DNA of 63,959 nucleotides, filler included, from Lenisia limosa (GCA_001655205.1; 10 parts of 10 records of this genome joined end to end with filler, not necessarily neighbours in it), one strand, 5' to 3'. Positions 38,210 to 52,200 are shown, counted from the whole stretch's first letter. Numbers and translations: made by a program. Notes: generated from the letters alone by a model not told the origin.

Positions 38210-41200
38210 ATGGGGTGCGGGTCAAGTAAATCGGTCCCTCCTTCGGAGCCAACACCTGCATCATCTAATAGGGGAATTGAACGAAATCCTTCTGAATCCC
38301 GCGGGTTGCGCTCAGCATCGGTAGCTTCAAAATACGGAGTTGATGAGTCAGCGCCTTCCAAGAACGATACTGTTGGTCGTGTACATTTAACATGGTTTTT
38401 CTAATAATTAAGGATATAACTCTTGGCGATGGCGGAAAACAGTCAGTTCTTGAAGTTGGGCGAACCATGGACAAGTGGTATGGGGGTCATTGACAGGCTT
38501 CTTATGACTAAACGTAGTTGAATTTATTGAATTAAATGTTAACAAAGCGTTTTGTAACTTCCCCTTAGGTCGCACGGAGACCTTGTTGCCTGGCTCGAAC
38601 TCAATGGGCTGGGCCAGTATCTTCCGGGATTCGCGGAGTTTAACAGGTGGGTTTTGACAAATGCGATGATTCCCAGTCCTTCATTGTCTTTGTTTGAGTT
38701 TCTGACTGTTATTCTTGGTCAATTTCATATCCTGTTGCTTTCTCACCATATAGATCATTGGAAACACCTTTGACAGGACAGGATGTTCTCTCTGCAAGCG
38801 ACAGGGATCTCATTCTGTATGTTTAGGAAGGGGAATGGAGACAACGTGCTTGGGGGAGAGGGGATGGAGATGTAGATGTTAAGTACATGTTCTTTTCCTA
38901 CCTTTCTTATTGTGAACGGGGTATATTTTTCATATCAGTGAATGGCGGGGAGTTAGAATTATGTTTTGTTCATCTAATATTAAATATGTAGCTCACTGCG
39001 TATTTGAATATGGTCATTCATATTCGGACTAATTTCCAATATGATATGTTTATGTAACCTTTTCAGCTGGGGAGTTCGAAATGAAGAAGCTAGAAGGCTT
39101 CTACTCACCTTAATTGGTATTCTGGATGGTGGTGATGGTTCCATAATATCAGGTTCACATATCCCCCTCCCTTCAGTAACGTCAACGGCACTCACAGTTT
39201 AGCCCATCAGCGAAGACGTGTTGCTGCAGCTGAAGCAAAGGCCAGGCCAACACCAAGATGTATGCTGGGTCAAAGTATAAATCGCTTACCTTTGTTATAA
39301 AGGGCTTACTAGCCTCCTACTTCTTGGCAAAGATAATAGCTTCGGTTAAATATAATAGTTTTTTTCTCAACACAATCCGTTACCATTTTTCATTTTTCTC
39401 AGTTGTGTAAGTATGAAGAGCAGGTCTTCATTTTGTTTATTTTTCGGACAATTTGTCCTTTTTTTGTTTTGCATCTGAAGATGGTCCTAAGTGCTCTCTT
39501 ATTCCCAATCTATTTTTAATAGTTTTGAATTGCAACCTGCACATATTACCCTTTAGCCCTGGCTTCTGCCCATCGCCACTCTCAGCGCTTCATGCCCAAC
39601 GGACAAGTCGATGATGGGTTCCAGCCCAGAACAGGTCAGACCTCACACAATACTATCCTTACCACTATCCTCCTTTTCAATATTTTTTCTTACCCCTCAT
39701 ATAGATACATAGATACATAGATACATAGATACATAGTACATAGTACATATATATATACAGTGACATAAGTAATGGCAAAAAGGTGGTTCTTGTAACTTTT
39801 CGCCAAATATGTCACCGGAATTCGTATTTTTGGCAGATATTTTTATTTTTGTCATTCAACCAATTTAAACATGTAAGGTAATTTGGGTTCTCTAAATAAA
39901 TGGTGTATTTTGATCCATTTTGTGGCTTAACCCAATTGAACATGCCCTACTACTTGATGGTAATTACCGTGATTCTTGTTAAATCCACACCTCATCAGAT
40001 ATGATGGAAAAGCAGCAATCTGCTTGTTGTGAAACCACCTCAAAAGAGATGAGAAACTTGGTTGACCATACAATGATTTTTTTTCGGCTGTCATCGCCTT
40101 AAGGGGGGCGGGCCAACTTAAGTACTAGAAATTTTCAGCGTTTTGATGCATATCATATGACATATAGTATACATATTTGTTTCGTGCAGTCCTTTTTTTT
40201 TGTTCACAGAAAATGCCTTTTTGTCAATATAAGACTAAAACTCCTTCTATGACACACGACGACCAAGAGACGAACCGCATTTGTTTACGCTCTTTAGACT
40301 TCCGCGAATTCACATATGACATTTTCCATGTCCTCGAAAACTCTTCACAAAACGATGAGGTAGGAGATACCAGTGACATCTGCCTTCATCTTATACCCGC
40401 AGGTGCTGCTGACAGTTATTCATGAGATTTTTGACTATCTTTCTCTTACGGCAACACATCGCATCCCCCATGGTGTTTTGTCATGTTTCCTGGAATCTGT
40501 TGGTGGTGCTATTGAAGGGCTTTAATTTGAAACATAAAAATGTCATTACGATATCAATGTTTCAAGCATTTCTAAAGTAATCGACAGCCAACAATAACTC
40601 CTCAGATTCGCGATGGTTACAATTTTGAGGTACAGTATCACAACTTCCAGCACTGTTTTGATGTTTGTCAAACAATGTCATTACTCTTAACTGTATGGCG
40701 GTATTATCGACGATTCCAGTTTTATTTGCAATATATTTTAATTAAATTGGAAACTTTTACTGTTGACTCAATACATTTAAACCATGTAATACATATCGTT
40801 TATAGTTCATTCTTTTCCAAAGCCTAATCATTAACTCTGTTAGGTCGGCAACTGCGGACATTGGTTTGACGAAGTTGAACGCCTTGCACTAATCGTCGCA
40901 GCTTTGTGTCATGGTATGTGAAGCTGATGAATCAAATTTGCTTGATATCTACTTTGTACTTTCGATATGGGATACCTCTTTGTGCTTTGGGAAATGAATC
41001 TGCATTGTATTTTTATCTTTTGTGAGGCAGAATCTTCATTGTCAGCTGTAGATGGGAACAACATTTAAGCTCGAAAGGAATACATGTATTAACTGTATAT
41101 GTGTCTATTCTTACCATACTACTGGTTACTCCTTAGATTTGGGGCACTGTGGACTAAATAACGCGTTCCATGCTGCAGTGCAGTCATCGGTCTTTGATAA

Positions 41201-42170
41201 ATACGGACCAACAAGTATTCTAGAGAAGTACCATTATCAGCAAGCCCTGGTAAGTTGGTATAAGGGATATTTTTGGACAGCTTTTATAGTAATGTGTCCA
41301 ATGTATCATAAATGTGCAGATTATGTGAAGGGTGATTCACCCCTTCCATTCCCTCATAATACTAGTGTGACTATTTAACCAAACCAATATTATCTCATAT
41401 GCGTATGTTTACACACAAGTCTTGACCGATATTCCTTGGGAAATCACAAAGCAAATCGGTCAAGACTTTATCGTGTAAGTACTACAGGTGCACTATTTCC
41501 ATCAAGTGGAACCACTGTCTGTAATAATCTGGTCCATCTTTACTTACTGTTTTCTAGGAGCTCCTTTCAAGTTCAGATACTGATATTTTCTGCAACCTCT
41601 CCCCTCAAGATAGAAGCAGGGCAGAGCAAATGGTTGGCTGTAGTTATCAAAAATGATACTACAGATTAGGGTTCCAATAATTACTTCTGAAAGTAGTCAT
41701 TTTACCTTACCCTCTTTAAACATCTACATATAACTCTTTAAACATCTATAACTCTTTAAACATCTATAACTTGAATCATGAGGTATTGATCGTTGTGACA
41801 ATTCAGGTTGAAGCGTGTATTGTGGCTACTGATATGGGAAAACACGCTGAGATTATGACGAACTTCAAAGAAGAGGTGGGGCTGTAACGACGTATCTCTC
41901 GGATACTACCTTTTTTATTTTACAATTCTTTTCTTGTCACAAGCGTCAAATAAAAACAGTGTTTTCAAAGGATATACTTATTCGTAGTACTATCTGGTAG
42001 TATACATATTATACATAATCGTATGTTTGGCCATATGTATATAAGCCAAGCCTTTATCATTATTTCTAGATCACACTACGCTATGAGGATGCTGGATGGA
42101 ACGCTACACCAAAACCAGTGGCCGCTGCATTTGCCTCTCCAACACCTGTGAAACCCAAAATTGACTGTGG
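38210..42170 (+). CDS. class I cyclic-nucleotide phosphodiesterase with MGC acylation motif and SAM domain (3' end cut by scaffold end)
   Basis: MGCGSS; SAM: KWSHGDLVAWLELNGLGQYLPGFAEF..LTGQDVLSASDRDLILWGVRNEEARRLL; PDEase_I: YHNFQHCFDVCQT, AALCH-DLGHCGLNNAF, ILEKYH, IVATDMGKH. Confidence 0.9.
39702..39745. repeat. (TAGATACA)n tandem repeat
   Basis: Four to five 8-bp units in a PDE intron. Confidence 0.8.
41417..41472. mobile_element. MITE family 2 core (AAGTCTTGACCGAT...ATCGGTCAAGACTT)
   Basis: Inverted arms; related to 478-508, 43986-44012, 44054-44119 and 63250-63325. Confidence 0.65.
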
Positions 42171-42506
42171 GTGAACTGGCGATATGTCTTATTTTCTTGG
42201 AAAGTTGTAGCGTCTGAGGAAATAATCTCTTTCGACTTTGTAACACCTAATGAATAATACCCATTGTATTTCTTATTTTGCTACTTAGTGANNNNNNNNN
42301 NNNNNNNNNNNNNNNNNNNNNNNNNNNNNNNNNNNTTAATTAATTAANNNNNNNNNNNNNNNNNNNNNNNNNNNNNNNNNNNNNNNNNNNNCATGCATAT
42401 AAAATAATTAATAAACACAGACAACACATGCACATGCACATATAATAATTAATAAACACAGACCACAACATATATCAACACTATCCTCCCACCGCCATTC
42501 TTGCAC

Positions 42507-45125
42507 CTCTGTAGCGGGAGCGTCACAATAGCAGGCGGAGCGCCCATAGCCAAGTCCTCAATATCCCCGAGGACGACGGAAGCCTCTCCGAGAAGCGTGT
42601 CTGACAGGGTGCCTGGGGTGGGGGGGTATGAGAAACAAACAAAATAAAAGCCCAAAATAAAAGAGAAAAAAGAGGAGTTTTATGAAACGGTGGGGGGTGG
42701 ACAATTTGAAAATGTATGAAACACACAAGGGTTGATAACAACAAAACNNNNNNNNNNNNNNNNNNNNNNNNNNNNNNNNNNNNNNNNNNNNNNNNNNNNN
42801 NNNNNNNNNNNNNNNNNNNNNNNNNNNNNNNNNNGGTCCAAAAAACCCCGGTAAAATTTCGATATTTATAAAGTATTTATCGAGAAACAGTAGTTATTTT
42901 TTCTGGAAAAGGGAAGTCCTAATCATTACCCCCCTACCTGGTTCGTAAATTTGGACTAGAAGTTCCTGTTTTTCCGCGTGCTTGACAATCCATTCGATTT
43001 CCTGATCCCTAATATAGTGAGTCTGTATACAACTGCCGTTTATGGTAAAAATCAACAACAACAAAAAAATACCCTGAATCAAATCTGTTGGCTACGCAAG
43101 GGTAAAAAACACAGAACAATTGATACCCAAAAACTCGCATAGTTGACCAGCCACAAGAAAGCGTGTGGGTGCATGAAAATAAAGGAAATTGTGTTGATGA
43201 TTAACAGGCAAAGCCAAAATAACGGAAATTATGTTGATGACAACAGGCCAAGATTTAGATTCCTAGCCAACCAAGAGGGGTTCGCGGTCTTCTTCTGGGT
43301 CTTTGTTTTGAAGTACTTGTTGTTGAGCTTGACCGTACAGTAGAAGTCGGTTTTCTTGTCGTTCTTTTCCGGCTCACGGCATTTTGGTACTGCAAGGATT
43401 TTGGCGATCACCTGTGTGTCTGATCCCTCATAGTCGGCTCTTCCCATACNNNNNNNNNNNNNNNNNNNNNNNNNNNNNNNNNNNNNNNNNNNNNNNNNNN
43501 NNNNNNNNNNNNNNNNNNNNNNNNNNNNNNNNNNNNNNNNNNNNNNNGTGAAATCTAATAATAACAACAATAATAACAATAATAATAGCAAGAATAATAA
43601 TAATAATAATCATCATCATCATCATTGAGTATAACAATGGGAAAACGAAGCCATCATAATAATAATAATCATAATAATATTACAATAAAAGACGATTTAT
43701 GCCCCTGCCCATACTGGGGGGGGGGGGGGTCAGNNNNNNNNNNNNNNNNNNNNNNNNNNNNNNNNNNNACCGATCTTTTTTCGAACCGAAATGAAGCCCT
43801 ATCAGTAATAAAGACAAATAAATTCCCCTCTCCCTCACGTGTCAGCAATTCCTTCGAAGTTGTCGAGCAGCCACGCAAGATGGCGTGACGCTATGTCGGC
43901 GGTCACCTTCGGGATACGGATATCGACCTGCAAATATGAACACTTTGGTGCAACTATGCTGCATGCAATTTTCCTTGGGAAATTAAACAGGAAATCGCTC
44001 AAGACTTATCACAGATTATTCTAAAAACAACCTGACATCTGAAGCATAATATATAGTGACCGTGATAAGTCTTGACCGATTTGCTGCATGATTTCCCATG
44101 GAAAATCGGTCAAGACTTACTGGGGCTTCACTTTGGTTCAAAAAAAGACTGAATATCTCGATAAATCCTCGAAAACTATCGATAATTTACCAGACTTTTT
44201 TTCGAACCGAAGTGACGCCATGCTGATCAATGTATATAATAAGATTATAATACCCCAAAACAAATGTCCATGGTACTAACCTGTGTAACAACCTCCAATG
44301 GTACTATGACCTGTATTTTACGATTATGCCACCCCTATAACAATTGCCCATACCTGTCGAGACATTGTAGAGAGGTCTCTTCGGCTTTTTACTTCGGTAA
44401 TCTAAGGAGGATTAAATACGAATAAAATATGGTAATCTAAGGATGATAACCATCACTGTATATGGGTGAATCTTTTGATAGTATTTTTATGATATTAATT
44501 CTCTCACCCCCTCCCCCTAGAAAAACAAAACAAAACCACCAATTACCCCACCCCCCACGTGGACACTGAAGGGGTCGAGAGTAAGGATTTTGGCAGGCTC
44601 GGAGGGGCCGCTTCCGATACCCTCTGCGGTCCTGGCTGTTCTCAGCGTCACCTGGGGGGGGGGGGNNNNNNNNNNNNNNNNNNNNNNNNNNNNNNNNNNN
44701 NNNNNNNNNNNNNNNNNNNNNNNNNNNNNNNNNNNNNNNNNNNNNNNNNNNNNNNNNNNNNNNNNNNNNNNNNNNNNNNNNNNNNNNNNNNNNNNNGTAA
44801 ACCCAACGATCAAATCTGTCTGCAAAATCTTTGGTGAATTGTGCGGCAAAATGTGGGGATATTCCACATTTAAATTAATAACCCAAAGACCCGTATTCCA
44901 TAACATACTAACACAAATTCCACAAAAACACATGACAAAATAAAACAAATTCCACAAAAAACACATGACAAAAATAATACAATTCCACACAAATTCCACA
45001 GACAAATATCATAAATTCTAGACAAAACTCCAGTCTCACCTCCACTGATTTGATGTCAGCCCTCTTGAAGATCCAGATATTGGGCTTGTTTTGACTGAAA
45101 AGCCGGCAATTGTGCAAGTCGTTCT
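42507..45125 (-). CDS. C2-domain protein, internal fragment
   Basis: KTDFYCTVKLNNKYFKTKTQKKTANPSW; ELLVQIYEP; SDTLLGEASVVLGDI..IVTLPLQR are typical C2 segments. Confidence 0.7.
43551..43682. repeat. (AAT)/(CAT) trinucleotide-rich simple repeat
   Basis: AATAATAAC/CATCATCAT arrays. Confidence 0.8.
44122..44219. mobile_element. MITE family 1 copy abutting the right arm of a family 2 element
   Basis: Family 2 (44054-44119) is followed directly by GGGGCTTCACTTTGGTTC...CGAACCGAAGTGACGCC. Confidence 0.7.
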
Positions 45126-45559
45126 NNNNNNNNNNNNNNNNNNNNNNNNNNNNNNNNNNNNNNNNNNNNTTAATTAATTAANNNNNNNNNNNNNNNNNNN
45201 NNNNNNNNNNNNNNNNNNNNNNNNNACAATGAGATGACTGCTCGAAGGAATATCTAGGGTGAGTAAAACGAAGGAAATTTTGATGAGAAATATTGGCGTA
45301 AAGGTACTAATTACGAACCAAATAATCTGAAACTCCAAACAAACAAAAAAACAAGCAATAACAAACACGAGGAACCAACGCCAAAACGAGACAAACTTAA
45401 TGGAAAATATAAGAAACAAAAATCACAACGGGGGTGGGAGCAAAATTGGACAACTAATGAAACAAAAACCCAGAATCAACTCTTTTGGTAAGCATTTGGG
45501 AAACACACAAGGGTTAACAAACAACAAAACTTACAAAGCCCGGGCCAGTCGCTTCAGTC

Positions 45560-47570
45560 ATTTATTATACCCCCACCTTTATGGGGGATGTTCAGTTGGA
45601 GGCGGAAGTGGAAGATGGAGGAAACGTTATTGAAGAGTTGCTCGTTAGAGGACCATTCGCAGAGGACCGGCAATTGGCAGGCGTGAGCACCCAGGGCTTC
45701 TTTGGGGCTGGGAAGCGGGGTTAAAATTGGAAACTATGAAACAAAAAAGCCCAAAAAATCAACTCTTAATTATGGAACATTTATCCCGGATATCCACGAA
45801 GCCCCAGTTATTCAGCCCCCCCCCCCTCCCAGTATGTTATCTGAGCAAAAGTCCCTTGCGCTATATGAGCAAGAGGAGAAAAGTCATGAGTATCTTGCGT
45901 GAATATTGTCTCAAGCTGAGTCATTATCTTCCGACCCTTATAATAACTTTCCAAGGTACTTGAATACCCTATATATGCATATTACTTATACCCCTCCTCC
46001 CCTTCTATATGCCTGGAGGTACACCCCACACACCAGTTATATGCCTGGAGGTACACACCGGGACCCCAGGAGTGGTCATTTTTGGCCGTGACGAATATTT
46101 CGTAGCGGGTATTTTCCAGGACCTTAAACGGCCCGTCGGCCCAGACTGTTGTGCGTGAGACATGGTTTCTTATTATTTTATTACAAAAAAATAACACATT
46201 TCCAAAAATCTATTATTGAATACAAATACGAGTAAGTATATGATATTTTCTAATACATATCATATACCATATAATATCATATCATACAGTTTTTACCGAT
46301 ATTCAAAATTGTGTCGCTATTTTGGGCACTACCCAGCGAAAGTACTTTTTTTGTTTTGTGTATATTCATAAATATATGTAGGTAGCCAGAAGCTACAACA
46401 ATGAACTGTCATCTCAGTTGATTATATGACATTACCCCGAAAGTCAAGATCTAGATCATACAATTTACATGAATTTCTATTATCGCATCAAGCTTGGCTG
46501 GCTTGTTTGTAGAATTTCATCATTCTACTTAGAGGAGAGGGGATTGTTTAAGTAAAATGTGTCAAAAAGTATATTTAATTCAAAAAAGAACGAATGTGGA
46601 GAGGGGATTGAAAGGTTGCAATAAATGAACAAGAAAGGCAGAGAAAAATAAAAAAAATACAATAATAAAAATACAATAATAAAAATACAATAATAAAAAT
46701 ACAATAATAAAAAAACAAAAATAAAAAAACAAAGCAATAATAGCACACACAAAAAAATAAAATAATAATAATAAAAAGTGAAACACAGGCTTATCATCAC
46801 ATTTTTTAAAATGAAGAACCACTTCCTCCTATTTATAAAAAAAAACAAATGTGTCTCCCAGGAGTTTTTTGAAGGTTATTTCTTGTTACTAATTTTGGTC
46901 AGATAAAATGCCACTAGTTGCGTTAGTATAAAAGATTAACCCATCACCAATAAGACCATCAATCAGCCCATCATAAAGCTCCTGATTAAGCCCATCCCAG
47001 CTACTCACCATTCAGGCTGTCCCAAGACCACTTCATTGCGCCGGCGAAAGCTCGAATAGGGAATTGGTTTTTCGTTAGCGCGCTGTCACTGGGGGAGGGA
47101 TGTACAATCGCCTTTCAAAGTCAAAACATGGCAAACTTGCCTACGTATTATATGTAATATACATAAGTTAATACTTGCCATATTCGGGAAGTCAAAAGAT
47201 GTTCACTATATATATATTTATGTTTTCTCTAAAAAAGGAAGGGAAAAGACCCTCCCCCCCCAAAAAAAAAGGAAAAACGGAAGTGCGGTCACTTCACTTA
47301 CCTTATAAGGAAAGAAGGTATTGAGGTTCTTGAGAGGAATTTCAGCCCTTGTATCACTGAAAAGTGAGGGTTTATGAAAAACACTGACACAGGGTGACTT
47401 AAATTTGTCTCAGTTTCTTATATTGAAACACATAATCCCCTCCCATCACATTTATCTTTACCTTGACCCCACTTTAACCAATCAACCCACTTGAAAAGGG
47501 CGACAGTACTGATGGACTCGGGGTTAAAGCGAGGCACAATCTCCACTGTCGTCAGCGGCAGCACGGGGNN
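45560..47570 (-). CDS. fibronectin type III-like repeat protein, fragment
   Basis: VLENTRYEIFVTAKNDHSWGP and EIPLKNLNTFFPYK resemble FN3 L-x-P-x-T-x-Y-x-V-x-A-x-N; GAMKWSWD resembles the B-strand Trp motif. Confidence 0.45.
46640..46760. repeat. AATAATAAAAATAC tandem repeat in A-rich intron
   Basis: About four 14-bp units plus degenerate copies. Confidence 0.75.
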
Positions 47571-48253
47571 NNNNNNNNNNNNNNNNNNNNNNNNNNNNNN
47601 NNNNNNNNNNNNNNNNNNNNNNNNNNNNNNNNNNNNNNNNNNNNNNNNNNNNNNNNNNNNNNNNNNNNNNNNNNNNNNNNNNNNNNNNNNNNNNNNNNNN
47701 NNNNNNNNNNNNNNNNNNNNNNNNNNNNTAATCAAAAACCAAATATCAACTCTGTCGGTTAAATATGTCACACATCCCTCACTTCCTCCGGGCAGGTTCC
47801 AGGGTGGTATCGCCGGCAACAGCGCATCTATGCAGCACCAGGGGCACGTCCGTTGTCCCCGAGCAAAACGTNNNNNNNNNNNNNNNNNNNNNNNNNNNNN
47901 NNNNNNNNNNNNNNNTTAATTAATTAANNNNNNNNNNNNNNNNNNNNNNNNNNNNNNNNNNNNNNNNNNNNGTCAAGCAACTAATTATGCATGTCTGCTC
48001 TTGTAGATCAAAAAAAAAATTGCCATAATAACGTAACAAAGAAATTTCACTATCTGAAACAAAAAAAAAGTGGGCTAGCCCGGAAAAACGAGAAAAACAT
48101 CGAGAAACAATGCAAAATTAAATTAACTATTGTTATTACCAAAACATAACTCGCATGATTTTCGTGTTTCCAAAAATGATAACATTATGGTATAGTGCTA
48201 CACTTCACAATGCAAACCATCTCAATTAACAAACAGCACTTGTCCCCTCAAAC

Positions 48254-48771
48254 GATGCAAGGCAGAGAGTCGTCTGAAGAAGGAGAGCTACTCCAGGCCA
48301 CGGGGAGTCGAAACGATCTTCGTCAGCAAAATACACACCAAGAATCCACGCTACGAACACGGTAAATCCTCTTTCTCAAGCGCCTAACTTACCAGATGAA
48401 GCAATTGAACCACAGGACACCACAAAGGCAAAGAGAAGGAAGGTACGGGCCTTTCCCTTGACTTGGGAATCATCAGAAATTTCTTCGCCTGACACAAGGT
48501 TGATACTATAAAAATATAGTAAGAAATAAGACAAATTTAGACTCACAGAATCACGCCGAGAGAAGCAGTAAGGGTGGGAACCCATTGGAAAACCGTATAC
48601 GCCTTGTCAACAATTGACGAATCAATAAATAACCACCATCCAAAGGCAAACTGGACAGTTAGTGGTGTGAGGTTCTTCACAAATATACAAAAATCTTCTA
48701 ATCCTTACAATTGCACCTGCCAAGTAAGCAGTTATTGCACTGGAGTTATCTCCACAGGCTGAGGCAATCAT
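48254..48771 (-). CDS. VPS68: Vps68/TMEM50 family membrane protein (last exon not resolved)
   Basis: AYLAGAI-FAFGWWLFIDSSIV..QWVPTLTASLGVIL-INLVS..KARTFLLFAFVVSCGSIASS-AWIL..WPGVALLLQTTLCLAS. Confidence 0.8.
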
Positions 48772-49239
48772 TACTAAGTTACAGTAATATATGAATCTAT
48801 ATATTCAGAATTTGCTTGTACTTTTCTCAATTTATCAATTAGACTTTCTTTTAGAATACGTTACAACAAGTTTTGCTCAATATAATCGAAATACTTTTGA
48901 CAAAAATGCAGAAAATGGTTTTATAATTATTCTTATCTGGGTAATGAAAGAACCATAATTAATGGATCACACAATCCGAGCCAACATTCTTCTAGAAACT
49001 TCTTCTGACACGAAAAACTGGGACAGCTTTCATCAGTTCTCTGTAATTAATGCCGCCTAATATGTTGATTCTATGTTAGATATAAAACAGCCAGGTCGGA
49101 ATGTCGTATATTTATATCAATTTTCGAAACACCAAAGGATCACCTAAAAAGTTCAGTTCATAGTTCAGTTCATTCCACCTTTTTTGTCTAGAAGATCCAT
49201 TTTCTCAAACCTTCTTGGCGATACTGTGCCATTATAACT

Positions 49240-52200
49240 ATGACAGACCTTCGTAAGCAGCGTTATGATGTTATCCCTGTTGCTTTCTTTGCTTTTTCTT
49301 TCAATCTTTTTTTATTATCCTTCCCGGTATTATTCTGACTTGTTTTAGTTCCAGAAATGAGAGACCTCTCCATTGACAAAGTGAGCTTTTCCCATGACAT
49401 CTTACATTTTTTTTGGCGACAGTTCTGACCACTCTAGTCTCGCAATGTACGCACTGACGCTGTTGATGTGGAAATTGAGACCAAGGCTAAGGTCGGTCGT
49501 CCTCTTTTCACCGATCGCAAGCACGTCACCAGTGTTTATGCCAACAAAGGATCTAACGAAGGTATGGAAATTTATGTTGTCAATTTCAATAGTTCAAGCG
49601 GGTTTACGTTTTAATTATGCCACTAGCTGATTATTGCTTGGTCCTCTTTCCTCTAATTCTCTAGATGTCGAGGTGTCCTTCACAGTTGACGGAAGACGCG
49701 TCTCTGCACCCGCTTCTTTGACTATCCTTGAAGCTTGCCGCAAGGTTGGAACCTACATCCCCACCCTTTGCCACCATCCCCGCCTCAAGCCCTCTGGAAA
49801 GTGCGGAATGTGCGTCGTTGAAGTCGAAGGGTAAGCGTGGACAGTACCTCTTAGGAATTCTGGTTCGGTCAGACTTTGGTTATGGATCTGCAAATTTTTT
49901 TCTGAGTCTCAGTTTTTCTCCTTACGTTTCTAGAGCCTCTTCCCTCGTTACTTCTTGCGTTACCAAAGTCAAGGATGACATGGTTATCAAGACCCGCACT
50001 CCCCGCGTCAAGGTTGCCGCCATGGCCTCCCTGAAGAAGATGAACCAGCAGCAGGCCGAGAGAAAGGACTTTGAAGACCCCAACCAGACCGAGTTTGAGA
50101 ATCTCCTTGCCTGGGGCGAAGAGTCTGACGTTGACTTCTCCCAGTCCATTGTTATCGATCCCAGGTAAGCCCTGGAGCCTTTCTGTTTACGCAAAGTTGA
50201 GTTTTGGCGACACGGGGTTATTCTTTTAGGACTTGCATTGGCTGCGACCGCTGTGTTCGCGCCTGTGGTGCTCTCCAAGGTGAGCCAGGCTGGAAATGTG
50301 ATGCTCAACTTTCTCAATTTTGATTACATCGGGAATAGTTCTCGAACCCTCATTCCCTCTTCATGAATCCCGGAATTCCATGATAGTTTTACATTCTTTT
50401 TATTTTCATCCCACATAGGCATGAACTGCCTCGCCACCGACAAATCAAACAAGGTCGTTGTTAAGGGTAAGATCAGCCTCGAAGACTCCGACTGCATTTC
50501 CTGCGGACAATGCGCCGCCTTCTGCCCCACTGGCGCCATTGAGGAAAAGATGGACATTGAGAAGGTTCTAGGGAAATCAATTTATTACTTTACAAGCACT
50601 TTGTTTTAATATTATTTTTGCTTAGTTCTCTTTGAAACAAGTGAGTTTTATATTATTAATAATAGTATTCATTCCTCTACAACCTTACGTTCTTTTGTCT
50701 TCTTTATTTACTCCCTAGGTTATGAACGCCATGAAGACCGGCAAGATTCTTGTTGCCCAGACCGCTCCCTCCGTCCGTGTTGCTATGGCAGAGGAACTCG
50801 GTGAGATATTGGGGTTAATGTGGTTTTCATCTTCCCCTTTTGTGTTGTTTTTACTTGTCAATTAGTCTGGTTTTGCAACCTTTCACCAGTTTTTCAATCA
50901 AAACAACGCTTTTAACACTGAATCGTAATACAATAACATCGTCAGGCATGGAGCCCGGAAGCTGCACCGACAAATACCTTGTTGCTGCCCTCCGTGGCCT
51001 CGGATTCAACTACGTCTTCTCCACCGACGTCGGAGCTGATCTCACCATCATGGAGGAGGGCTACGAGGTCTGAAACACGCTCTTTTTTACATTTTATCTT
51101 TCCATCATGCTTCCAAAATTATAGAGCATGTACTCTAATTGCTCCTTATTTTTCTCGTCGTCATCTAAATCTTACTCTTTAGTTCCTCGGTCGCCTCAAG
51201 ACCCCGGGATCCAAGCTCCCCATCCTCACCTCCTGCTGCCCCGGCTGGGTTAACTTCGTTGAGAAGGTGAGCAACACAACCCCTCTATTTGTGTTTGAAT
51301 TGAATCCAAACATGATGTTGTGGACAACTTCTATCAGCTTCTCTTTTTGCTCACCACCTCAGCTCTACCCCGAACTCATCCCCCACCTGTCCTCCTGCAA
51401 GTCCCCCATGATGATGACCGGTGCTCTCATCAAGACCTACTTCGTTGACCGTCTCGGTGTCAAGCCCGAAGACATCTACTCTGTCGCTGTGATGCCCTGC
51501 ACTGCCAAGAAGGGCGAGTACCGTCGTGAGACTCTCAAGCGCGAAGGCCAGGTCTGACGACATTGCTTCTTCATTCGTGTTTTCTTGAATATTTCACGTA
51601 CATAAACACTATCCTAACCCTCTCTTTCATCACTTTATAACAACATCATCATCACCTTTTACCCCGGCTATCACTGGCTGTGACCCCGTATAGCGTGACG
51701 TCAACGCCGTCCTCACTGTTCGCGAGCTCGGTATCCTCATGCGTAATCAGAACATGATCGTCTCCGACCTCAAGGGTATGCAACCCTGGCATATTATCAA
51801 AAAAAATATCGAAAAAGGCTGTCTTTGACAGTATTTTTTGTGCATTTCACCCTCAAGTTACAATATTGGGATTCCGTTACTTACTAACTCATCCCCCCCT
51901 ATCTCTTCTTTTCTTTCTCTTTTTTTTTACACCTCACAGCTTCTGAGTACGACAACCCCCTCGGCGAGGCCACTGGCGGCGCCGCCATCTTCGGAACCAC
52001 CGGTGGTGTGACTGAGGCTATGCTCCGTACCGCCGCCGACGTTGTTACCGGCCAGAGCATGGACCGTCTCAAGTACGAGGCCGTTCGCGGCATGGATCAT
52101 GTTAAGGAGGCCGAGGTCACTCTTGGTGACGTCACTCTCAAGGTCGGTACGGGGTAATACAATGTGGCGATCTATGTGATCAAACTGATGTGTGATCCTT

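Noticed and set aside
39205-39250. Resemblance of GCTGCAGCTGAAGCAAAGGCCAGGCCA to family 3
   Set aside because: It reads as a coding exon of the PDE gene (RRRVAAAEAKARPTPR); the similarity is short.
46525-46848. Hydrophobic 107-aa and 80-aa ORFs
   Set aside because: Translations of a T-rich tandem repeat, not proteins. The same applies to ORFs running through N gaps.
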